This document shows positions 18,373 through 28,028 of a stretch of DNA of 38,895 nucleotides, piece by piece. The notes under the pieces were generated by a model, which had not been told where the DNA came from, ran no database searches, and worked only from the letters and a program-made list of their open reading frames with translations. The stretch is from the sequence record SRR31156797_12445; one strand, 5' to 3'. The number at the start of each line of letters is the position of its first letter. Position 1 is the first letter of the stretch. Position numbers and translations under genes: made by a program.

Positions 18373-20720
18373 TAGCAGACCTCGTGTGCAGTTCTTGAGA
18401 TTACTTCATCCTGAACATTTTTACTCAACATGGTAAAATAATCACTGTACCCGGCTACTCGAATCAGCAGTGAACGATAATCATCCGGCTTTTCCTGCGC
18501 AGCATGTAAGGTCTCTTTGGAGACAACATTAAACTGCATATGATGGCCACCTATGTCGAAGTAGGATCGGAGCATGGAGCTAAATTTCTTGAGATTCTCT
18601 TCTCCTTCCAAGGTTTTCGGGGTGAATTTTAAATTGAGCAGCGTACCCACTGTGGATACGTGGTCCAGTTTACCTATGGATTTAGCTACGGCAGTGGGGC
18701 CGGAAATGTCCTGCCCCTGTACCGGGGAGATCCCTTCAGCAATAGGCTCACCTGCAAAACGCCCATCTGCGGTTGCTGCTGTTGCTTCTCCAAAGGGCAG
18801 GTGGGAGGTTGTCGGAATAGGATTTGCCCCATAGGGGGTACCACGCTCGTTAGTGTATTTTTTGAGTAAACTTACCAGCATATTGACAAGTCTTGTGGCT
18901 TGATTGTCAACACTCTCCTGGTCGTTGCCAAGCTTGGGAGCTTTTTTCCAGAGCAGGCCACGCATGAGCTCGTGTCCCTCAAAATTGTCCTTCATACCCT
19001 GCACTATCTGGTTCATGGAGAAGGTCTTCTTATCGTATACAAAATGTTGAATTGCTGCAAAAGAGTCTGCAACAGTTCCTGTCCCTACTGCCGAAAGCAT
19101 TGGTTGAGAGTATCTCGATCCACCTTGATGGTAGTCCAGCCCAGTGGAAATACAGTCATCCATGACCAGCGAGGTGCAGAGTACTGGGTTCATTTCGGAA
19201 AAGACTTGTCTGGATTTGAGGTCATAACCATTTTTAAGGTCAACCATATGGCGAATCTGAATCTCGAAGCTTTTCCAGATATCTTCAAGTGTCTCAAATT
19301 GATCTGCAGATCCTGTCTGGGGACCCAACTGTTTTCCGTTGAGCATGTTAACCCCGTTGTTCAGGGCTAGTTCCAGGCATTTTGCCAAGTTTATATAGCC
19401 GGAGGATGCCATCTGGTCATTTCCCTGGCCTGATATTTCGCAGCATCCATTAATACCGCCACCCCTTGCGTCTTTGAGGCTCTTTCCTTTTTCTGCCAGA
19501 GAAAGGACGATCCCGTCAGCATTAAACATGGCTGGCATGCCAGTTCCTTTTCGTGCCAGTTCGCATGCTTTCAGTAAAAACTCCTGTGGTGTTTTTTGTA
19601 CTGATAAGGCAGGACAGTTGAGGTTGTGGGAGGAGGAGGTTTGATTGCGCTTCGATGCACATATATGAGACGTCGTTAACACCGCTGCTACCATCTGATT
19701 TGAGGCCGCCAACGTTGAGGTTTTGGAAATCAGCGTAAGTGTTACTAGCCCTGGCCGTACCTGCCTCCTTTACTACGGTCATCTCTGCAAATTTGACCCA
19801 CAGGCAGTTGAGTAGTTCTTGCGCTTGCTCTCTGTCGGTTGTCTTGTCGGCGATACTTTTTTCGAAAAATGGAAAAATGTACTGATCAAAACGTCCTGGC
19901 GAAAGAGCGTAGGCATTACTTTCAAGGTTGAGCATGAGATGCACAAACCAGAAAGATTGGAGTGCTTCATAGTAGTTTTCCGGTGGGTGTTCTGGTACCT
20001 GCCTGCAGTTTTCGGCAATCTGAAGAAGCTCGTTTTTGCGAACAGTATCAGTGCATTCTTTCGCAAGTCTCTCTGCTTCATCTGCGTGACGGTGAGCAAA
20101 GACGATGACAGCATCGATTACAATTAACAGCGATTCATAGAAGCATTTTTTCTGTTCATTTTCTTTTGGGGTAACCTCTAGTGCGGCTTCTACCCGCTCT
20201 CGTAAACCTTTAAAGCTCTCTTTTAAGACTGTCTCGTAATTTGCATTAAAATGTCCGATACTTCTGTTGAGGTAATAGTGAAAAAGGGCGCCTTCATCTG
20301 CCGCTTCCATGGCCTCTTTTTCGACATTTGGCAAAATATGATCGTAGAATGTACGACCTTTCCAGTAGGGTATTACTTCCTCTTTGACGAGTTTTTTATT
20401 TTCTTCTGAAATGTCAAAAGCTGTCTTGAAGCGTTGTGCCAGGGAGTCGACTTTTTTTTCAATCCATTCAACATTGAATTCGGGGTATAGAGGAGATCCC
20501 AGTGCAGTCGGCGTCTTGCAACCAACAATCAGTTCGTCATCTTTGATGAGTACTGTTGAATGGTGGAAAATTTTTTCCATAGCCCGCGCTTTCTTCTTTT
20601 CAGGCCTTTCATTTTCGTTTTCACGATAGGCCTCTGTTACCAGGAGGCTCTTTCTGCATACACTTCAGGAGTTGAATTGAAAATCTGTTGCTTTAGTCGT
20701 TCAAGGCGCGTTGTTAACAT
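18372..20720 (-). pseudogene. Glycyl radical enzyme, HypD-like dehydratase clade, two single-base frameshifts
   Basis: ATG at 20720 with GAGG RBS (MLTTRLERLKQQIF); shifts at ~20646 and in the T6 run 19592-19597; SPGRFDQ, SNTYADF, GCCE Cys loop, PTTSH, RVAGYS glycyl motif. Confidence 0.9.
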
Positions 20721-20931
20721 TTTTCCTCACTTTTAAATGTTCAGGCTGGAGTGGGCGAGATGTAACTATTCTTCCAGCCCATCTTGAACTCTTCTTCTCG
20801 ATCAAAGTCGGCTTTGTTTTGCTGAGCCTTTTATACGGGACTCGTTATTGTGTGCACCATTGCACATCCTTTTCTTTCAAACACAATAAGCGCACCCGAT
20901 TGATATGTGAAATGAATTGTTTTGATTTTAG

Positions 20932-20950
20932 CGATCACATCCTGTGATCG
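20932..20950. promoter_or_regulatory. Perfect dyad upstream of the GRE, candidate regulator site
   Basis: CGATCACA-TCC-TGTGATCG. Confidence 0.5.
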
Positions 20951-21131
20951 TTGCAAGGCTGTGATTGTAAGGGTTGAGAATCATTATTGTTCACAAGAGG
21001 GAGCGGGAAAAGGAAAGGGAATGACAAAAAAATATGGAAATGTAGGTTGAATGGTTTACCAATATTTAATGCAAGGCGTATGGATTGAGTCGTGCTGACG
21101 TTTATGAAACGGCCTTGATAATAGTTAAGCT

Positions 21132-21146
21132 TACTGGTATACCTGT
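21132..21146. promoter_or_regulatory. Candidate GntR/FadR-type operator (copy 1)
   Basis: TACTGGTATACCTGT, 14/15 match to the palindrome at 30862; adjacent minus-strand TTGACA at 21149-21154. Confidence 0.7.
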
Positions 21147-21239
21147 GTTGTCAAGTAGAAGTTTTACTGATTCTGTTCAATTGTTTTTTGAACAAATACA
21201 AAAAAAATGTGTGTCGGTTGTGAGAAGGCAATATTCTAT

Positions 21240-21881
21240 ATGAAAATTGATATTTATAAAACAATTAAAGCGCGGATTTTATCCCTAGAGTATGAACCTG
21301 GGTGTATTTTAAGTGAAAAAAATTTGGCAAAAGAATTTGGTGTGAGCCGTACGCCTTTGCGAAATGTTCTTAACCAACTGCAGTCAGACCAGTTAATCCG
21401 TGTCATACCGCGCACCGGGGTACTAGTTGCAGAGATCCAATTTCAACAAATTATGAATACTTTTCAGGTGCGACTCGGGATTGAAGAAATGGTTGGTTCC
21501 CTCGCATCTGAAAATGCTACAGACGAGCATTGCAGCATGCTGGAGGAGTTACATACTCAATGCCGCTCATTGTTCGAGGTCAGGGATAAAACGCTTTTGA
21601 TGGCCATTGATAGGGAAATGAGAAAAATCCTTAATGACAGTACCAACAACCCGGTATTAAAGGATATCTCCGAATCTCTTTATGACCACACCGTCAGGTT
21701 GTGGTGTGTAGTCTTAGATAAGGGCGGGTGGGCGGAGGAGGTGCAGTCAGTTCTGGACGACATAGAAAAGACTGTTGGTGTTCTTAAAGGAGGGGAAAAT
21801 CAGCTCGGAAAGCTAAGACGTGAAATGCTTCTCCAGCATATTGAACGGATAAGGGATAAATTTTTAGGAACTGTACAGTAA
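21240..21881 (+). CDS. GntR family regulator (FCD-type)
   Basis: IYKTIKARILSLEYEPGCILSEKNLAKEFGVSRTPLR...PRTGVLV; divergent from the GRE. Confidence 0.93.
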   Translation: MKIDIYKTIKARILSLEYEPGCILSEKNLAKEFGVSRTPLRNVLNQLQSDQLIRVIPRTGVLVAEIQFQQIMNTFQVRLGIEEMVGSLASENATDEHCSMLEELHTQCRSLFEVRDKTLLMAIDREMRKILNDSTNNPVLKDISESLYDHTVRLWCVVLDKGGWAEEVQSVLDDIEKTVGVLKGGENQLGKLRREMLLQHIERIRDKFLGTVQ

Positions 21882-22498
21882 AGTAACTGGCCTTGCTCAT
21901 TAATGACTTGCCATTAATGAGTATTCCCCCTTCTTAAAGTAGTCCTGGGTAATATTGACCGCACGTTAGCTTTCCTACGCTCAATATCTTGGTTTTGATT
22001 TTCATGAATACCACCGAGTATTGGTGCGTACAATCAAGAGAGCTTGTCTTAAGTTTTCTTATCGTATTTCCATCCATATTATTTACACTTCGTACCACGA
22101 AATTTCATAGCTCCCCGTTCGGGGAGAATGGCTGCAGTGAGAACGTAGGGCTTAGGGCACGAAAATACCTTTTTCTGGAGGGGATCACACCTTGTTCCAT
22201 TATCTTTTGTTCGTCCATATTGTCATCGCTTGATGGTGGGCTCACTTAACCATCGTATGAAGTGGATAAATCCATAAAGAACTCAGTAGTTATCAAAGCT
22301 TATTCGTAACCCTATGCTTTGGCTATCAGTCTAAGTAGACCACGATGCAGCTGCAGCAGTCTGGGCTGTCTTGACTAATTTCTATTGCATGCCTGAACTG
22401 CCAACTAATAAATTGCTCATAATTCAAAACACACTCTAACAGTAGGGAACGTTGTGTCTGTCGGAGGTGAGCTACGGTAAATTTCCTGCGAGCAGGAA

Positions 22499-25400
22499 AT
22501 GAACAGATGCCCCAACCCCTCACGGAAACCTATCATGGAAAGATCCCCAGAAATATCGTCAAATAAGAGACAGTGGATTGAGATTACAGGCGCTAGCCAG
22601 AACAATCTTAAAAATATCTCTTTGAAAATTCCCAAAAAAAGTTTGACAGTTATTACCGGTATATCGGGGTCCGGAAAATCCTCTCTGGCTTTTGAGGTGA
22701 TGCATGGAGAGGGCAGGAGGAATTATTTCGGAAATCTCTCAGCTCATGCGAGAAAATATCTGGGTAAACTTGAAAAGCCCCGAGTGGAAAAAATTAGGGG
22801 ACTAAATCCAACCATTGCAATTTCTCAGGATCCACCGAGGGATAATCCACGCTCCACGGTGGGTACCATAACCGGTGTGTATGATAGTTTACGTCTCTTG
22901 TTTGCACGGGTGGGTAGGGGGGGCGGAGAAAATGTTGTTTTGACCCGGAGTATGTTTTCCTTTAACTCGCCTGAAGGGGCCTGCTCACAGTGTCGGGGAT
23001 TGGGAGTCGTTGACAGCGTAGATCCGGATTTGCTTATTGCAGATGAGAGTAAAACCATTCGGGAGGGGGCTTTTAAAATTACTAACCCCAAAGGGTATAT
23101 CATTTACTCTCAGGTGACCATAGATGCACTTGATCAAGTACTTCAAGCTCATGGGGCTAACGTTGATACACCTTGGCGGAAGTTGAGTCCCGCCCAGCAA
23201 GATGTCGTTCTCAATGGCAGCGATATCATTAAGATTCCCTATGGCAAGCATACCTTGGAGTCCCGGATGAAATGGTCGGGAATTACTGCCAAGCCTAGGG
23301 AAGAAGGGGTTTATAAGGGGATATTGCCGGTAATGAACGGAATTTTGAAACAGGATAGGAATCGAAATATACTCCGCTATGCCAAAACCATTCATTGTCC
23401 TGATTGCAGAGGAACTCGGTTGAAATCCGGTGTTCAAGCTGTCCATGTGCATGGTTACACAATTATAGATCTCTGCAACATGAGCCTGATGGAGCTTTCT
23501 GGCACCCTTGCGGAATTTACATTTCAAGGAATAGAGCAAGCCGTAGCGAGTGTGATAGTGGGGCAGGTCCAAAAACGCTTGGCAATGCTCTCCTCTTTGG
23601 GGCTCTCCTATCTCACATTGTCTAGACTTGCTGGGGGGCTTTCCGGAGGAGAGATGCAGCGCATTCGTCTGGCCAGGCAGGTTTTGTCGGGTTTGCGAAA
23701 CATTACCTATGTGCTTGATGAGCCAACTGCAGGGGTGCATCCTGAGAACTGCCTCCAGGTTACTAAGCTGTTGCGCAAGCTGGTGAGTTTAGACAATACA
23801 GTTGTTGCTGTGGCTCATGATGCCATCACCATGGGTAAAGCTCACTGGATAATTGAGATCGGGCCAGGAGCAGGTGAGGGCGGCGGTGAGGTGTTGTTTG
23901 CCGGGACCATGAAGGAGTTTTTTTCCTCCAGCCACCCAAGTCCTACAAGGGATTACCTGGAAGGGAAAGGAGGCTTGTCCCTTGAAGAATCTGGAGAAAC
24001 TGAACCACATAAGCCTATAAGTGTAGCAGGAGCAGCAATTAACAATCTGCAATCCATAAATGTACGTTTTTGCCGAAACAGGTTCAATGTGGTGACAGGG
24101 GTGTCTGGTGCAGGGAAGTCTAGTTTGGTGAATCAGACTCTGATTCCGCTACTGGCCGGAAATTACCAGCAACAACTCCATGCCAAAGGGACCCCTTCAC
24201 TAACAGGGGCAGCCTTCAAAAAAACAATAGTGGTAGATCGCAGGCCTATAGGGAAGACGGCTCGCAGCAATCCGGCAACATACACCGGCCTCTATGATCT
24301 CATTAGAGCTTTATACGCCGAACTTCCAGAGTCAAAAGAAAGGGGGTTTAACCGGGGAACTTTCTCTTTTAATGTCAAGGGCGGTTCCTGTAATACATGT
24401 CAAGGAGCTGGAACTATTGTAACAGGTATGCACTTTTTGGGAAATGTGTCACGGCCATGTGATAACTGCGGAGGGAAACGTTTTGCGCCGCCGGTGCTCG
24501 GGGTTACTTGGAAAGGGAAAAGCATTGCTGATGTCTTGGATCTTACGGTGGATGAGGCCTCTCAACTCTTCATGGGGAAAAAGAAAATTGACTATCACCT
24601 TTCTATGCTGGTTAATCTGGGCCTCGGATACCTTAAACTAGGGCAGCCGTCTGGTACGCTTTCTGGGGGGGAAGCTCAGAGGATTAGGCTGGCTCGTGAA
24701 CTGATTAAAGGAACGGCCCAAAACGTGCTTTGTATCCTGGAGGAACCTACAGTAGGGCTCCACTCCCACGATATCAAAAAACTCTTTCTACTTTTTGACC
24801 AACTTCTTGACAACGGTAATACCTTAATTCTGATTGAACACAACCAGGAGGTGATTCGCAGCGCTCACCATATTGTCGAGCTGGGCCCTGGAAGCGGGGC
24901 TGCTGGTGGAGAAGTTGTCTACCAAGGTGATCTCTCCGGGTTGTTAGGCTGCGCTCAATCTAAAACCAGTCGTATGCTGTTAGAAAAGAGGGTGCCTTCA
25001 TTAGGAGCGGAAATTAACCCAACTGGCCTGGTCGAAACCGCTCTTTACGGGGTAACCACCCACAACCTGAAATCGATAGATGTGATAATTCCAGACCAGG
25101 CATTGACGGTAATTGTGGGTAAATCAGGCAGTGGAAAAACGAGCTTGGCTTTCGATACCCTTTGCGCTGAGGCACAAAGTCGGTACATGGAAAGTTTCCC
25201 CGCCAAGGTAGTAACCTCTCGGTATTCTCAGGCAAGTTATCAGCAGGTTAAAGGGCTTTGCCCTGTGGTGGCCCTGGGGCAGTATGATCGGGTTCGGGAC
25301 CCAAGGTCTACTTTGGGGACAGTTAGCGGGATGTTGGATTTATTCCGGTTGATGTTTTCCAGATACGGCACCTGTGGAGAGGGGGCAAAACTCCCTAGCG

Positions 25401-27457
25401 CTGGTCATTTTTCATTCAATAATATTATCGGTGCTTGCAGTCACTGCAGCGGCCTGGGCACTACACTGACCGGATCTTTTGAGAGCCTTTTTGAAAGGAA
25501 GGATCTGCCAATGTCGCTCGAAGCATGTGGCAACAGGAAAGCCTTCAAACTCTATATGGATCCTGATGGCCGACACTTGGCCACCCTTCGAGTGGTTGGA
25601 AGGCAGCTGGGATTTGATTATGGGGTTCCGATCAAAGAGCTGTCTGCTGAGGCTTGTCAAGTAGCTCTTTTTGGAACCGGAGAGGTTGAATATGAGGTTA
25701 GCTGGAAATATAAGCGGGGTACTCGTAAAGGGAGACACGTTTTTAAAGGGCCTTGGCAAGGACTGGTGCCCCTTGTTCGGGATGAGTATCAGAGAAAGCA
25801 TGCTAGAGGCAAGGGAGAGGATCTCAGGGCCTTGCTTATTGAAAAGAAATGTTCGGTATGTGGGGGAGGTCGGCTAAAACCTGAGATACTTGCGGTGAAA
25901 TTTGGTGATATGAATCTTGCCCAATGGTTGTCGATGGATGTTCGGGAATCCTTGCGTCTTCTTGGGCAGGTTAAGTCTGGAGTCTATACCTCAGGGATCC
26001 CCAGAGCTTTTGATCTAGATCAGAATCAGCTTTTGGAGAGCCTCATCAGTAAGCTTTCCGTGATAGCTAAATTGGGGCTGGAATATCTTGCTCTAGACCG
26101 TAGCTGTACTAGTCTCTCAGGTGGGGAGATGCAACGAGTGCTGCTTGCCAACCTTGAAGGGGGAGGTCTCACCGGTGTTACCTACATATTAGACGAACCC
26201 AGCATCGGGCTCCATGGAGCAGATATTCAGGGACTCATCAGTTCTATCCATGAGCTCACGACCTTAGGCAATACAGTGGTTTGCGTAGAGCATAACCTGG
26301 AGATTATCAGGGCCGCTGATCATCTTATCGAGTTAGGACCAAGTGGGGGGGAGGCAGGGGGGAGAGTGATTGGCCAGGGACAGGTTGCTGATATTGCCGA
26401 TAGTCCAGATAGCCTTATTGGGAAATGGTTAAATAAACCGCTGCAGCTCCGTCAACCTTCTCCTATGGTGCCCAGTGACTCCGTGGGCGATGTGTCTTTT
26501 TTTGAGGCTGCCTGCCATAATCTCAAAAACATTTCCTTTCGTTTACAGAGAAACCGGCTCAACCTCATTACCGGTGTATCTGGTAGCGGCAAAACAACGT
26601 TGTTGCGGGAGGTGATTTATCCCAGTTTCGTGTCAGGTAGACCTGTAAATTGTAAATGGATTAAGGGGCTTTCAGAAAGAGTAAATGCCGTGTGGGTTGG
26701 TAGGGAGGGGCGCATAGGTAACGTTGCCAGTGCCTCTGTTACTTTTCTAGGACTGTTTGATTATATAAGGAAGGTCTTTGCCAATCTTCCTGTCTCCAAA
26801 TCCCGGTGTTTTAGCCCGTCACATTTTTCGTTTAATAACAGGTTGGGGCAATGTCCGGTTTGCAAGGGGGCCGGGGAGGAAAGAGTGAAACTGGACTTTT
26901 TAAGCGATGTCAGCAGTCCCTGTGAGAGCTGTGGTGGAAGCCGTTATAGGGACGAAATTCTGTCGGCCACTTACCAGGGTTTTTCCATCGATCAGGTGCT
27001 CAAGCTTACTTTTTCCGCTGCTGTTTCCCTGTTCGACGACTTTCCGAAGATCAGAGAGAAGTTAGACCTAGTCATTCGTCTGGGGCTCGGATATTTAACA
27101 TTAGGACAGGGGACTCATACGCTTTCCGGTGGTGAGGCTCAACGATTGATGTTGATTAGAGACATACTAGCTGGGGGCGGTGAAAATACTGTATACCTTT
27201 TTGACGAGCCCGGTAAGGGGTTGCACATGGAGGATTTGAAAAATCTGTACACTCTTTTCGAAATGCTGTTTGAGCGAGGCAGTACACTGGTTGTGATAGA
27301 TCATAACCCTCACCTTATTGCCAGGGCTGACTGGGTAATTGATCTGGGGCCTGGAGCAGGAGAGAAGGGGGGAGAACTTGTATATCAAGGGGGAGTGGCA
27401 GGATTGTTGGAGAGGAGCAGTTCAGTCACCGGTGCCTATATGAATGGATGGGCGTGA
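22499..27457 (+). CDS. uvrA: Double-length UvrA-like ABC ATPase (two fused UvrA units)
   Basis: Four Walker A motifs (GISGSGKS, GVSGAGKS, GKSGSGKT, GVSGSGKT), four LSGGE signatures, multiple CxxC zinc motifs, FSFN motifs; true start may be 22535. Confidence 0.92.
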   Translation: MNRCPNPSRKPIMERSPEISSNKRQWIEITGASQNNLKNISLKIPKKSLTVITGISGSGKSSLAFEVMHGEGRRNYFGNLSAHARKYLGKLEKPRVEKIRGLNPTIAISQDPPRDNPRSTVGTITGVYDSLRLLFARVGRGGGENVVLTRSMFSFNSPEGACSQCRGLGVVDSVDPDLLIADESKTIREGAFKITNPKGYIIYSQVTIDALDQVLQAHGANVDTPWRKLSPAQQDVVLNGSDIIKIPYGKHTLESRMKWSGITAKPREEGVYKGILPVMNGILKQDRNRNILRYAKTIHCPDCRGTRLKSGVQAVHVHGYTIIDLCNMSLMELSGTLAEFTFQGIEQAVASVIVGQVQKRLAMLSSLGLSYLTLSRLAGGLSGGEMQRIRLARQVLSGLRNITYVLDEPTAGVHPENCLQVTKLLRKLVSLDNTVVAVAHDAITMGKAHWIIEIGPGAGEGGGEVLFAGTMKEFFSSSHPSPTRDYLEGKGGLSLEESGETEPHKPISVAGAAINNLQSINVRFCRNRFNVVTGVSGAGKSSLVNQTLIPLLAGNYQQQLHAKGTPSLTGAAFKKTIVVDRRPIGKTARSNPATYTGLYDLIRALYAELPESKERGFNRGTFSFNVKGGSCNTCQGAGTIVTGMHFLGNVSRPCDNCGGKRFAPPVLGVTWKGKSIADVLDLTVDEASQLFMGKKKIDYHLSMLVNLGLGYLKLGQPSGTLSGGEAQRIRLARELIKGTAQNVLCILEEPTVGLHSHDIKKLFLLFDQLLDNGNTLILIEHNQEVIRSAHHIVELGPGSGAAGGEVVYQGDLSGLLGCAQSKTSRMLLEKRVPSLGAEINPTGLVETALYGVTTHNLKSIDVIIPDQALTVIVGKSGSGKTSLAFDTLCAEAQSRYMESFPAKVVTSRYSQASYQQVKGLCPVVALGQYDRVRDPRSTLGTVSGMLDLFRLMFSRYGTCGEGAKLPSAGHFSFNNIIGACSHCSGLGTTLTGSFESLFERKDLPMSLEACGNRKAFKLYMDPDGRHLATLRVVGRQLGFDYGVPIKELSAEACQVALFGTGEVEYEVSWKYKRGTRKGRHVFKGPWQGLVPLVRDEYQRKHARGKGEDLRALLIEKKCSVCGGGRLKPEILAVKFGDMNLAQWLSMDVRESLRLLGQVKSGVYTSGIPRAFDLDQNQLLESLISKLSVIAKLGLEYLALDRSCTSLSGGEMQRVLLANLEGGGLTGVTYILDEPSIGLHGADIQGLISSIHELTTLGNTVVCVEHNLEIIRAADHLIELGPSGGEAGGRVIGQGQVADIADSPDSLIGKWLNKPLQLRQPSPMVPSDSVGDVSFFEAACHNLKNISFRLQRNRLNLITGVSGSGKTTLLREVIYPSFVSGRPVNCKWIKGLSERVNAVWVGREGRIGNVASASVTFLGLFDYIRKVFANLPVSKSRCFSPSHFSFNNRLGQCPVCKGAGEERVKLDFLSDVSSPCESCGGSRYRDEILSATYQGFSIDQVLKLTFSAAVSLFDDFPKIREKLDLVIRLGLGYLTLGQGTHTLSGGEAQRLMLIRDILAGGGENTVYLFDEPGKGLHMEDLKNLYTLFEMLFERGSTLVVIDHNPHLIARADWVIDLGPGAGEKGGELVYQGGVAGLLERSSSVTGAYMNGWA

Positions 27458-27474
27458 TAGAAAAACGAATGCTT

Positions 27475-27925
27475 TTACTGAGAGTCTATATCGATCACGC
27501 CTTCAAAATATTTGATAGCGTGTCCGAAAACGAGCACCCGGTCACCTTCAACTTTACAACTAACCTCTCTTCCACGGGGAGAAATCTGTTTTGCATAAAA
27601 TTATTTTGCGGCCATCTTGGGTGACCAATAAGGTGCAAGCTGTGCAAATGCTGAACCTGTAACAACATCTTCAGGAATACCAAATTTTGGGATAAAGAAC
27701 CATGCAGCGAGGTCGTATCTGTTCTATTTTACAGTAATAATAACACCAGGCAGGTTTGTGTCTTTTAGTGATTCAAAATCTGGCCAGCGGTTTTATTGTG
27801 GTTTTCATTGTCAAGCACAAGAAGGTAGTCTTTAGCTTGCCAGCATTCGCTGGGTGCAATGCTAAATGCTGTGCCAACAGTATCTGGTAACTCGCAAGCA
27901 ACAGGAGTGAGTGCAGGTGGCGAAA
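27475..27925 (-). pseudogene. PhzF-family isomerase/epimerase remnant (C-terminal half)
   Basis: Manual translation: PVACELP...KDYLLVLDNE / PDFESLK...GVIITVK*NRYD...FFIPKFGIPEDVVTGSAFAQLAPYW...K*FYAKQISPRG...GDRVLVFGHAIKYFEG; stops and a frameshift; not in the ORF track. Confidence 0.8.
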
Positions 27926-28028
27926 TGACCAGGTATTACTGATCTTTCATAGATTGGGGGAAAGCGGTCTCAACCCAGAAGCACTTTGCTTGCGTATTTC
28001 TGGGTTGAGACAATTTGTAAAAAAAAAC

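Noticed and set aside
19585-19600. Programmed frameshifting in the GRE
   Set aside because: Two independent shifts of opposite sign and many other lesions nearby favour decay or sequencing error
18372-20720. Pyruvate formate-lyase call based on adjacent cysteines
   Set aside because: The motif is GCCE (CxE eliminase type), not the PFL ACCVS; the activase has a ferredoxin insertion, unlike PflA
21890-22490. Short ORFs between gntR and uvrA (and at 12227-12475)
   Set aside because: No recognisable similarity or RBS; may be decayed coding DNA but cannot be supported
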